Below, piece by piece: positions 52,558-64,000 of a stretch of DNA of 64,000 bases; positions within the stretch are counted from its first letter, which is position 1; every line of letters begins with the position of its first letter. The position numbers and the translations under genes were made by a program. The stretch comes from Octopus sinensis (taxonomy: Eukaryota). Location: assembly GCF_006345805.1 (NCBI RefSeq), contig NC_043023.1, positions 3,162,001 through 3,226,000 of the forward strand. The letters run 5' to 3'. Under the pieces are notes generated by a model that saw only the letters and a program-made list of their open reading frames with translations, was not told the DNA's origin and made no database searches.

Positions 52558-53266
52558 TTAACCCTTTCATTACTGTATTTATTTTGAGATGCTCTGTGTT
52601 CCTTTCAATTAATTTTGAATATAACAAAGAATTTAGTAAAATAACTTGGTTATCATTAAGCTAGTGTTAGGAACATAAATTGTGACTAAGGTTTGGTGGA
52701 AGATTTTAATTCAAAACTTATGGAAACAAGACATTTGTACTACAAAGCCAGAGCCGGTTTCAGCCAGGTTGGTATCAAAAGGGTTAAATATAATAAAGAA
52801 TTTAGTAAAATAACTTGGTTATCATTAAGCTAGTGTTAGGAACATAAATTGTGACTAAGGTTTGGTGGAAGATTTTAATTCAAAACTTTTGAAAACAAGA
52901 CATTTGTACTCGGAGCCAGAGCCGGTTTTATCTGGGTTAGTATCAAAAGGGTAAATTTGCAGATTTTGTTTCACTTGTTAGAAATAGCAGCCAAATTTTG
53001 TGCAAATTGAAGACACATTTGACCAATTGTCTTGAACCCTTTTCGTTACCATATTACTGTTGAGATGCCCTGTGTTTGTTTTTCAATTTATTTTAAATAT
53101 AACAAAGTATTTAGAAAAATAACTTAGTTACCATTTAGCTAGTGTTTGTATCATAAATTGTGACAAAGGTTTGGAAGAAGATTTTAATTCAAAACTTTAA
53201 GAAAACAAGATGTTTGTACTACAGAGCCAGAGCAGGTTTTGGCCAGGTTGGTATCAAAAGGGTTAA
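52558..53266 (+). mobile_element. Tandem piggyBac-like MITEs (TTAA-CCCTTT...AAAGGG-TTAA)
   Basis: TTAA flanks and CCC/GGG termini; inverted copies at 28667-29066. Confidence 0.75.
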
Positions 53267-53733
53267 TGTAAAATTTGAAGCGAGACAGATTTAAACTTTG
53301 CACTGTTTCTGCTCCCTCCCCCCCTTTTCTTTTGAGTTTTATCAGTTACTATACAACACTAAAGAAACTGCATTTTTTGTCTCTTTCATTCTTCTTGCTG
53401 AATGAAAACAAATACCAAATTAAAAGTATTTGTATAATTGTGTCCTTCCAGGTAGAATCCTAGTTTAAACAGCTCTTATAATTTCAGAAAATTTTAGCAA
53501 CACACATAAATTAATATGATTATTGAAAAGACAGCATGGTGTTTCACTTTCTGGATCATAAAATGAAATATTTTCTTAATTATTAATTTAAAAGAATCAC
53601 TGTCAGAAAATAGCATATCGATATATTACTGATGTTCACCTTAATTTTACAAAATAATCTTTAATATATATCTTGTGTTTTTATTACTATACAAACCAGT
53701 ATTAACAACAGAGTCTCTTCAATTTGGACATAC

Positions 53734-53810
53734 CTTGTAGTTGTGGCTTGATGCAATAGGAAGTTTCAAATACCAACTGGGAAATCCAAACAATGAAAAG
53801 GACTTAGTTT
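53734..53810 (-). other. Candidate 5'-UTR exon of the minus-strand gene
   Basis: Strong acceptor cttttatttttatctttcag (alternative tttcccag giving a 43-nt exon) and donor AAG|gtatgt; contains no ATG. Confidence 0.4.
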
Positions 53811-54390
53811 CTGAAAGATAAAAATAAAAGAAACTATTTTAAAAAATTTTACTTAAAATGTACTGAATTTTTTTTAAATTCCAAAAGTAAAAAGGTTATG
53901 AGTGGTTATATGGGGTACTTAAACGAGAATTCCGCCAAAAATCAAATTTTAAAACTAAATGTTTTTATGGGGATAAAAATATTCAAAAACAATACACGTT
54001 AGAACCATGTGGGAAATACAAGCAAGAAAAGGAACTTAGTTTCTCTACGTATGCTGAAATACAAAATTAAAAAACTATATTTTTGAACATTTTACTGAAA
54101 AATGTACTGAATTTTTTTTTAATTCCAAAATGTTAAAAAAGGTTATTAGTAGTTATATGGGGTACTTAAACGAGAATCCCGCCAAAAATCAAATTTTCAA
54201 ACTAATCTTTTTTAATAGCATAAATGTTTTTATGGGGATAAAAATATTCAAAAACAATACATGTTTGAACCATGTGGGAAATAAAAGCCAGAAAAGCAAC
54301 TTAGTTTCTCTACAGAAGCTGAAATATAAAATTAAAAAACTATATTTTTGAATATTTTACTGAAAATGTATTGAATTTTTTAAAAAAAAG
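53770..54390. repeat. Second block (~2.4 monomers) of the same ~263-bp satellite
   Basis: Same motifs (ggggtacttaaacgagaat, ggggataaaaatattcaaaaacaatac); an inverted piece also lies at 55611-55760. Confidence 0.9.
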
Positions 54391-54921
54391 TATCCATTTT
54401 TCTGGAAGTTATGAGGCAACATAGTCGGTGGGGTACACATCTTTAGTTACGGGTTTTTTAAACATTATTTTTTAAAAAGCTTTTATAGAGAAACAACATC
54501 GGTGGGGACTGTCCATTGTTAGGTCTAAATTATATTACAGACTTTTAACATGCTACATCCATATCATTTAATTAAAAATATTTTTCATTAATTACATAGA
54601 TGCAACGGTTGGCCCGAGGCTATAGTTGAAGACTCTTCCCCAAAGTAGTTCTGAGAATGAAATCATGTGGTTGGGAAGCTAGCTAAATAATATTTGTGAT
54701 TCCTCTGTCGCAACTAAGTATTGATGCAGATGCCTTATCTACGATTCCTTATGACGATCCGATCAATGATTTTGCAATTCAAAAAAGTAGGAGAAAGTTT
54801 TATTTTATCATTTGTAATTGTTTATATTTTGAATTACATAATCTTTTAAGGAGACACCAAATTCTTTTAAGTGCTTAGGGCCTCGATGGCCCTGCCCAAC
54901 GTGGAATTTAAAAAGACTTAC

Positions 54922-54990
54922 CTGAGAACAAGTATTGGCACCAAAAATTAAAACGTGGCAGCTTCTATGAACTTCTCGTCTTCTAGAAGG
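54922..54990 (-). other. Candidate first (non-coding) exon; 5' boundary uncertain
   Basis: Consensus donor CAG|gtaagt at 54922/54921 in unique sequence next to a MITE end. Confidence 0.35.
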
Positions 54991-55424
54991 TTCCCGGTGC
55001 GCATGCATGCATCCACGTCAGCTAGTGGTCAGTAGTCAATCCTACAACAACTTTTTAACCCTAACCCTAACCTTAGTTGGTTTATAAAGATAATTTATTT
55101 ACTTAGTTTACAAAATTATTTACTTTGCGTTTTATTTACTTTGTTCAAAAAATATTATTTAATTTTCTTTCATATGTATTCAGCCTTGAGATACAAACCA
55201 AGCGGAAGTCGTAGGATCGACTACTTACGACTAGCTAGTGCAGATGTGCGCAACGAGACCGCTGTTCGCTAGTAGTACCCAAGACTTTTTGGTTAAACTA
55301 AAGGCTCCATTTCCCTGATTATCAAGTTTCAAATGGAACATTGCTGCCCGAATTTTGGTATGTTTATATTCCACAGCATAAATATATAAGAACAGAACAG
55401 TCAAGATCTTGTCTCTGTGTGTGA

Positions 55425-55455
<31 letters not shown>

Positions 55456-56111
55456 CCTGTTCTATTTTTATGTATTTGTGCCTTTCAGTAATAATGCATG
55501 TGTGTGTGTGTGTTCTTTTATCTTTTACTTGTTTCTGTCATTAGATTGTGGCCATGCTGGGACTACACTATTTTTTTTTTTATGACCGGGTCAAACGCTT
55601 TAGTTTAACCGTTGGTTCTAACATGTATTGTTTTTGAATATTTTTATCCCCATAAAAATATTTATGCTATTAATAAAAATTAGTTTGAAAATTTGATTTT
55701 TGGTGGAATTCTTGTTTAAGTACCCCATATAACCACTCATAACCTTTTTACTTTTGGAACCATTCCACAAAGATTTATTTCCAAAAATTTTCCTCAGTAA
55801 AAATCGTTATATTATCTTTCTGTGTATTCATTTTTCATTTCATCTAGTTTCAGCTCATGCTGGGGCACCGCCTAGTTTTAATTTAGAGTGTACCACTTGA
55901 AATAGGTATCACTTTACTCTCTTTTACTTGTTTCAGTCATTTGACTGCGGCCATGCTGGAGCACCGCCTTTAATTGAGCAACTCGACCCCGGGTCTTATT
56001 CTTTTGTAAGCAAAGGACTTATTCTATCGGTCTCCTTTGCCGAACCGCTAAGTAACGGTTTTCAAGCAATGCTAGGGGGACAAACACAGACACACAAACA
56101 CATACACATAC

Positions 56112-56162
<51 letters not shown>

Positions 56163-56859
56163 CGACAGGCTTCTTTCAGTTTCTGTTTACCAAATCCACT
56201 CACAAGGCTTTGGCTGGTCCGAGTCTATAGTAGAAGACACTTGCCCAAGGTGCCATGCAGTGGTACTGAACCCGGAACCATGTGGTCGGTAAACAAGCTA
56301 CTTACCACACAGCCACTCCTACACCATGAAAAATATATAATTATAAATAATTCTGTTCAGCAGCCCTGTTAGAAAACTTTCACTGACTGCATTGGCATAA
56401 TTTATATCCATATTTTTTATATATCATCATCATTGTCATTGGTTTAACAGAGTCTTTTCAAAATTCTGCTACATCTTTTGGTATACTAAATTTGAAATCA
56501 AATGGAACAAAACTGAAGGAGCTGAAAAGAAAAACACACTTGCAATATTTCGGTGGCACATTGCGATTTACTGGAGGAGCTTTATCAATAATTTGTTCAT
56601 TGAGTTGCACCTCCACAATCCAATGCTCCTGAATTCTTTTGATATGATGAAGTAATGAAGAAATCAGGAATTTTCCTCACTTTTGCTTCTTGTGGATTCA
56701 ACATAGTACACACAGCTGAAAATAAAGAAAAATCGTCTAAAACTGCAAAGAGATCAACAATTTCAAATTTGAAAGCAAAGAAATGGAGTAAGAAGGCAAC
56801 AGTCACTGAAGAGGTCTCAGGTGTGTGACGAAAAATTTCCGGATTCTCACAGAGGCCAT

Positions 56860-57605
56860 AACAGAAGACCGAGACCTCTGGAGATATGCTGTGACTGCGA
56901 AGACCCGACAAATAATGTGAGTTCATGGTTGTTTTCTGCACCAGCTTCACATAGAAACCCCAGCCCTTCAAAAGTGCCTTGGATAGCAGGACGGCCTGCT
57001 GTGCTTACCTTGGATCGTAGGGTGACCTGCTGTGCTTGAGGAGACCTATTGAGTCAAGTAGATCAGTATCAAAAATCAAATGGGAATTGTAGTTGCAATA
57101 CCTGTGCCGGTGGCATGTAAAATGCACCATCCGTACATAGCAGATGCCAGCGCCGCCTTGACTGGCTTCCGTGCTGGTTGCACATAAAAAGCACCAACCA
57201 ATCGTGGCCGTTGCCAGTCTACCCTGGTGCCTGTACTAGAGGCACATAAAAAGCACCATCTGTATGTGGCCGATGCCAGAGCCGCCTTGACTGACTTCCG
57301 CATCGGTGACACATAAAAACCACCAACCGATCATGGCTGTTACCAGCCTCCACTGGCACATAAAAAGCACCATCAGTACATGGACGATGCCAGCACCAGC
57401 TTGACTGGCTTCCGTGCTGGTGGCATGTAAAAAGCACCTACTACACTCACGGAGTTGTTGGCGTTAGGAAGGGCATCCAGCTGTAGAAACACTCCCATAT
57501 CAGACTGGAGCCTGGTGCAGCCTCCTGGCTTCCAAGACCCCGGTCAAACCATCCAACCCATGCTAGCATGGAAAACGGACGTTAAACGATGATGATGATG
57601 ATGAT
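56860..57605 (+). mobile_element. RTE-type 3' end: ORF tail TEDRDLWRYAVTAKTRQIM*, internal ~60-bp subrepeats, Meta-like motif and (GAT)n tail
   Basis: ggcgttaggaagggcatccagctgtagaaa motif and (GAT)n tail; truncated copies at 864-1095, 1636-1718, 2620-2960, 14595-14855, 19780-19950, 21559-21920 and in the array units. Confidence 0.7.
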
Positions 57606-57826
57606 TAATATTGAGTTAAAACAATAAACGAATGCAGAACTTAATTGTTTTTGATTATTATTTTAAAGCTTGCTCGGTATCAGATAAATCGTTATCAAAT
57701 ACCAAATTTGAATAATATTTCATTTAAAAACCTTAAAGTTCGAAAACAGTTTGAAGTAGCGTGATGCATATTTCTATATTTTTTTTTTCTTTATGTTAAA
57801 CGAGTAACAATGTGAAGTGTATTTTG

Positions 57827-58156
57827 GGCACTATTTAAGAAGAGTGGTCCCGGTGCGTCCACTCGCATGCTTTTGCATCCGCACTAGATAGTCATAACTA
57901 GTCGATCCTTACTTTGTCTTTTTGTGTTTTATTTACTTTGTATTTTTGTATTTTTTTTTCTTTTGCTTGTCTCAGTCATTTGACTGCGGCCATGCTGGAG
58001 CACCGCCTTTAGTCGAGCAAATCGACCCCGGGACTTATTCTTTGTAAGCCCAGTACTTATTCTATCGGTCGCTTTTTGCCGAACCGCTAAGTGACGGGGA
58101 CGTAAACACACCAGCATCAGTCGTCAAGCAATGCTAGGGGGACAAACACACACATG

Positions 58157-58215
<59 letters not shown>

Positions 58216-58495
58216 TGATGAGCTTCTTTCAGCTTCCGTCTACCAAATCCACTCACAAGGCTTTGGTTGGCCCGAGGCTATAGTAGAAGACACTTGCCCA
58301 AGATTCCGCGCAGTGGGACTGAACTCGGAACCATGTGGTTGGTAAGCAAGCTACTTACCAGACAGCCACTCCTGCACCTAAAAACTTATTTATTTTGTGT
58401 TTCATTTACTTTGCTAGGTAGTCGTTTTAGGATTGACTAGTCATGACTAGATAGCGCGGATGCGTGTACCGGGACCACTCTTCTTAAATAGTACC
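57827..58495. mobile_element. MITE with ~28-bp or longer TIRs and a nested SINE; related element at 54985-55278
   Basis: ggcactatttaagaagagtggtcccggt...accgggaccactcttcttaaatagtacc. Confidence 0.75.
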
Positions 58496-58519
58496 TATAT
58501 TTTGTACGTTAAAATATGA

Positions 58520-58961
58520 GGATCTTTTTGGTTTGAATGGCAGTTTTTTCCTAGCAGTGTCATATGAAATTGTCACCCATAATTATGACCCTAGTATCAA
58601 TCTATTGCATTTCAATCTGTTTTAGGTTCGGGCGTTAGTTAGGGTTGGTCAGGGTTAGGGTTAGGGGGAAGGGTATTGTTTTTTCCTTCAGAAATGTAAA
58701 TAAACCCAATCTGTTTCTTCAATGAGGAACATATTCATACGGCACAGAATGTTTTTTATCTTAAAAGACGTCATTGATTGGTTGAAATTACAGAAATTGA
58801 AGAAGAAAAACAACAAATATCTTACAAACTATAGAATTTTCTCAAGAAAGCCAAGAGAAAAATATGTTTTATAAACACATTCTACCAGTATACGAAGTTT
58901 AAAAGTGTTTTTAGTTACCTAGAAATTATGTTAAAAACTGTCGGTCAAACCGAAAAGATCC
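58520..58961. mobile_element. MITE with TIR ggatctttt(t/c)ggtttga and internal (TTAGGG)-like repeats; palindromic derivative at 59319-59646
   Basis: ggatctttttggtttgaatggcagttttt...aaaaactgtcggtcaaaccgaaaagatcc. Confidence 0.75.
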
Positions 58962-59643
58962 AAATATGCTTTTTATTTCGGAGATATACAAGTTAAGCAA
59001 ACATAAGCAGTAAAAATACAAATTGCAAATATAAGATATTCCATGACAAAAAATAAACAAAAAGAAGGAAAAATCTTGGTGCATGCATTCCAGAGGTACT
59101 AGGGTATGGGGAAAATAAGAATCAAAAGTGAAATGATAAGGTAGACAGCTGATTGAAAGAAAAAACATCTTGGCTAACCAAATTTAAGGGGTGGCACCAA
59201 GAATGGAAGGGAGAGAAGAAGAGAAAATTGGGGAAGAAAGAACAATTATGAAGAATGTAGAGACAAGGAAATAAAGGTAGACCCCAAGAAATTGTTGTTG
59301 ACAAACAACCGCAGAAATTGTATTCACCTCAATAGACGCCATTGATAGGTTGAAATTGCCGAAATGCAAGAAATTTAACAACAAATAGCTTATAAACTAC
59401 AGAATTTTCTCAAGAAAGCCAAGAGAAAAAGATGTGAATCTTTTCACTTTGACCGGCAGATTCAAAAAATAATTTCTTTGTAACTAAACACTTTTAAACT
59501 TCCTATACTGGTAGAGTGTGTTACATAAAACATCTTTTTCTCTTGGCTTTCTTGAGAAAATTCTGTAGTTTGTAAGATATTTGTTGTTAAATTTCTTGCA
59601 TTTCGGCAATTTCAACCAATCAATGACATCTATTGAAGTGAAT

Positions 59644-59677
<34 letters not shown>

Positions 59678-59680
<3 letters not shown>

Positions 59681-60048
59681 CTCTCCTTTTTCCTCTCCTT
59701 TTTTCTCTCTCCTTTTTTCTCTCCTTTTCTTCTCTCCTTTTTTTCTCTCCTTTCTTTCTCTCCTTTTTTTCTCTCCCTTTTTCCTCTCCTTTTTTCTCTC
59801 CTTTTTTTCTTTCCTTTCTTTCTCTCCTTTTTCTCTCTATTTTTTTCTCTCCTTTTTCTCTCTCCTTTTTTCTCTCTCCTTTTTTCTCTCCTTTTCTTCT
59901 CTCCTTTTTTTCTCTCCTTTCTTTCTCTCCTTTTTTTCTCTCCCTTTTTCCTCTCCTTTTTTCTCTCCTTTTTTTCTTTCCTTTCTTTCTCTCCTTTTCT
60001 CTCTATTTTTTTCTCTCCTTTTTCTCTCTCCTTTTTTTCTCTCCTTGT
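59678..60048. repeat. Polypyrimidine (TTTTTCTCTCC)n minisatellite
   Basis: Direct inspection. Confidence 0.9.
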
Positions 60049-60667
60049 TTCTTTCGGTGTCCCTTTCTGTAGAAGAGCGTAGGCTCGAAACGTAAAAGAC
60101 TTTTTCTGTTCCTGAGCGTTATACTAATACATCTGCTTGTTTTGTACACCACCTGTCTTCGTCTTTTGTTTTTTCGTAAACTCTCCCTATATATATATAT
60201 ATATATACACACACACAATGGGCTTCATTCAGTTTCTGTTTATTAGATCCACTCACAAGGTTTTGATTGGCTCAAGGCTATAATAGAAGACTTTTACCCA
60301 AGGTGCCACAGTGTGGGACTGAACCCAGAACCACATGGTTGGGAAGCAAGCTTCTTACCACACAACCAACTCACACACACACATATTGTCTGATATAGAA
60401 CTCAGTCCTGTGGGTAGAGTAGATCGTTACACTCTTGTACTTATTTCAGTCATTTGACTGTGGCCATGCTGAAGCACCGCCTTTAGTTGAGCAATTCGAC
60501 CCCGGGACTTATTCTTTGTAAGCCTAGTACTTATTCGATCGGTCTCTTTTGCCGAACCGCTAAGTGACGGGTACATAAACACACCAGCATCGGTTATCAA
60601 GTGACGTTGGTGGGGGAGGGGGACAAACTAACACACAAACATATACACACACACATATGCATATATA

Positions 60668-60699
<32 letters not shown>

Positions 60700-60700
<1 letters not shown>

Positions 60701-60887
60701 TTTATTTAAAGCAGCAGAAAATTCAACAAAATCTGTTACTCTGAGTTTCTCGTTGCCGTTCATCAGACAGTTTTTGTTAGAATGGAACTGATATATCAGT
60801 TCCATTCTAACGAAAACTGTCTGATGAACGGCAACGGGAAACTCAGAGTAACAGATTTTGTTGAATTTTCTGCTACTTTAAATAAAG
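60700..60887. repeat. 188-bp near-perfect palindrome with a hammerhead-like motif in each arm
   Basis: Centred on gatatatc (60790-60797); ctgt-CTGATGA-acggcaacgg-GAAAC-tcaga-GTA-acag at 60817-60854 and its mirror on the minus strand. Confidence 0.85.
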
Positions 60888-61199
60888 CATATTACTCCAC
60901 CACTGGTATTTGAGTACTCTTTTTTCCACCTTGTTTCACATTTATGTCTTTACTCCGGTATATATATATACGATGGGCTTCTTTCAGTTTCCGTCTGCCA
61001 AATCCACTCACAAGGCTTTGGTCGGCCCGAGGCTATAGTAGAAGACACTTGCCCAAGGTGCCATGCAGTGGGACTGAACCCGGAACCATGTTATGTTTAT
61101 TTCATGGAATGTTGACCTTGTACTTTTGAGTTTGGCCTCTGGCTTCATCATGTGTACAGTCTTGAACAGCCAGAGGCTGTTCAGCTTTCATATAATGAG

Positions 61200-61630
61200 T
61201 ATCTATCAATCTAACTAATTATATATATATATATATACAAACACACATATATATCCATTTGTCTATCTATGTATCTATTTTCCTATCTATCAATATATAT
61301 ATATATAGATAGATAGATATAGATATATATATATATATATGTGTGTGTGTGTATATATCTAATTATACATATATATACACATACACATTTCCTATCAATA
61401 TATATATATATGTATATATGTATGTATATCTATGTATACACACACACACACACACACACACACAAGTAGCTAGCTAGATAGATAGAGAGAGAGAGAGACA
61501 GTCAGAGAGACAGACAGATAGATAGACAGACAGACATACACATCACCATTGCTCACTAATGCAGTAAAGTGTATGTATGTATACAATATATATTGTGTGT
61601 ATATATATATGTGTGTGTGTATACAATATA

Positions 61631-61684
<54 letters not shown>

Positions 61685-61928
61685 ATATATATATACACAC
61701 ACACACACACATATATGCATGTGTGTGTGTGTTAAGGTGACATAGATATTCTCCACAGGATATATAATAATTAGTTTTAGAGAGATATTTCTAATGAAAA
61801 GTGCTCAACACCTGTTCATCTGAATTATGAATTATCTGGGGCTATGCCATAAGTCTTAACAGCGAAAGGGGAAACTGAAAGAGTAAGGTAACAATGTCCC
61901 CATACTAAGCATAATGTATATATATATA

Positions 61929-61982
<54 letters not shown>

Positions 61983-62007
61983 GTATGTATATATATATAT
62001 ATATATT

Positions 62008-62048
<41 letters not shown>

Positions 62049-62067
62049 CATATATATATACATATAC

Positions 62068-62098
<31 letters not shown>

Positions 62099-62147
62099 AT
62101 ATATATATATACATGTATGTATGTATATATATATATATATATATAAC

Positions 62148-62178
<31 letters not shown>

Positions 62179-62274
62179 CATGTATATATATATATATACA
62201 TCATCATCATCTTCATATATATATATACATATTATATATACATGTATGTATATATACATATATATACATGTATG

Positions 62275-62312
<38 letters not shown>

Positions 62313-63532
62313 TATATATATATATACACATGTATATATATGTATCAGAATCCCTCTCTCTCTGTATATATATACTTGTACATATATGTGTGTGTATGTG
62401 TATATGTGTACATATATTTATGGATGGATGGATATGTATATATGCTTATATATATATATATATATTTGTGTGTGTGTATACATACACACATACATGCACA
62501 CATATATATATACACACACACATACATATATACAAGCATAAACCCATACACCTATTTCTCTAGCTCTACCTCTCTCCTAACACACACACACACACATGCA
62601 CACACACACCTGTATACACACATGTATACAGATATAACTATATTTCTGCCTGAATATTGTGCACCTCCACCACCACCACTACCACTACCAATACCACCAC
62701 CACCACCACCACTACCAATACCACCACTACCACCACCACCACCAATACCACCACCACCACCACCACCACCACCAATACCACCACCACCACCACCACCAAT
62801 ACCACCACCACCACCACCACCAATACCACCACCACCACCACCACCACCACCAATACCACCACCACCACCACCACCACCAATACCACCACCACCACCACCA
62901 ATACCACCACCACACCACCAATACCACCACCACACACCACCACCACCACACCACCACACCACCACCACCACCACCACCACCACCAATACCACCACCACCA
63001 CCACCACCAATACCACCACCACCACCACCACCACCACCATACCACCACCACCACCACCACCACCAATACCACCACCACCACCACCACCACCAATACCACC
63101 ACCACCACCACCATCAATACCACCACCACCACCACCAATACCACCACCACCACCACCACCACCACCACTACCACTACCACCACCAACACCACCATCAACA
63201 GATCAATATTCAAAGTCAGGTAAGTACATTCGCCTGTGGGTAGCCCTTGCTTACCTGCACACACTTTCTCGTTACACAGACACACAGCAGGTAGCATTTA
63301 CTAATTGCTAACACACACACACACACACACATACGCATATGATACTTTATACACCTGCATACACCTTGCAGGTATACAGTATACGCAGATATATACGCAT
63401 GATACTGTATCTACACACTAACAAATACACACACATACACACAGATACATGCAAACACACACACTGACACACACGAATTGCATTATACATACAATATACA
63501 TACACACAGTATATACAATAAATATGTATGTG

Positions 63533-63579
<47 letters not shown>

Positions 63580-63620
63580 GTATATGCAGACACATATACT
63601 ATATATATACATGCATATAC

Positions 63621-63688
<68 letters not shown>

Positions 63689-64000
63689 ATATATGCATAT
63701 ACTATATATATATATACAATATATATATATGCACACACACACATATGCAATATATATATATATTCATTATATATATAAACACTTACAATACATATATACA
63801 TTATGTATATATATACACACATATACTATACTATATACATATATATATTATATATATTCAATGTATGTATGTATATATATATATATATATTACATGTATT
63901 ATATACATGTCATATATACACACACACACACATATACACCTGTACATTACATACATTCATATATATATATATTTATATATATATACACACACACACACAA
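61200..64000. repeat. (TA)n/(CA)n field with a (CCA)n tract at 62665-63195
   Basis: Direct inspection. Confidence 0.95.
63202..63219 (+). other. Candidate 18-nt micro-exon of an unidentified plus-strand gene
   Basis: caacag|ATCAATATTCAAAGTCAG|gtaagt; open in all three frames; polypyrimidine tract atypical. Confidence 0.35.

Noticed and set aside
56597-56971. 124-aa minus-strand ORF
   Set aside because: Partly antisense to an RTE 3' end, with no recognisable domain or splice support.
58620-58666. (TTAGGG)n-like runs here and at 55055-55073 as telomeric sequence
   Set aside because: Only a few units, internal to MITEs.
60061-60100. Hammerhead-like tttCTGTAGA...GAAACGTAaaag (mirror copies near 450-492 and 7515-7555)
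   Set aside because: The core lacks the conserved A6 (CUGUAGA); treated as a degenerate Penelope-type terminal repeat.
61780-61890. Unique island as a plus-strand coding exon
   Set aside because: Stops in all three frames between the plausible AG and GT.
62121-63311. 396-aa Pro-rich ORF and the other poly-YI/H/T/V/I ORFs (e.g. 5874-6451, 8514-9667)
   Set aside because: Translations of (TA)n, (CCA)n and (AAT)n microsatellites, open in several frames for compositional reasons.

Overview
Repeat-saturated, AT-rich eukaryotic DNA that looks cephalopod (probably Octopus, inferred from its tRNA-derived SINE families, Dong/R4, RTE, CR1 and mariner remnants, and dense (TA)n/(CA)n/(TAA)n/(ACC)n microsatellites). 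Almost every ORF in the supplied track is a microsatellite or repeat artefact. The main signal is on the minus strand. The ~16-kb tandem array of ~1.45-1.5-kb units (34181-50045) is an exon-amplification array: each unit carries one 39-nt, phase-1/phase-1 micro-exon (AG...GTAAG) encoding a 13-aa, mostly acidic repeat, five of which carry an N-I-T sequon. Nine exons are intact and one has lost its donor, and in the pair compared base by base the exon is far more diverged than the flanking intron. Spliced to a signal-peptide-like exon (50925-50982), a 249-nt Cys-containing beta-sandwich/Ig-like exon (30365-30613) and a transmembrane/stop exon (25608-25735), they give one open ~260-aa type I membrane protein with an expandable, hypervariable N-terminal repeat region. 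The window also holds a Ginger-like long-TIR element with a 4-bp TSD, Penelope-type palindromes with hammerhead-ribozyme-like cores, a 263-bp satellite with trimeric higher-order structure, templated insertions, and a candidate plus-strand 18-nt micro-exon. The gene model was read by eye from splice signals and frame continuity, with no transcript evidence.
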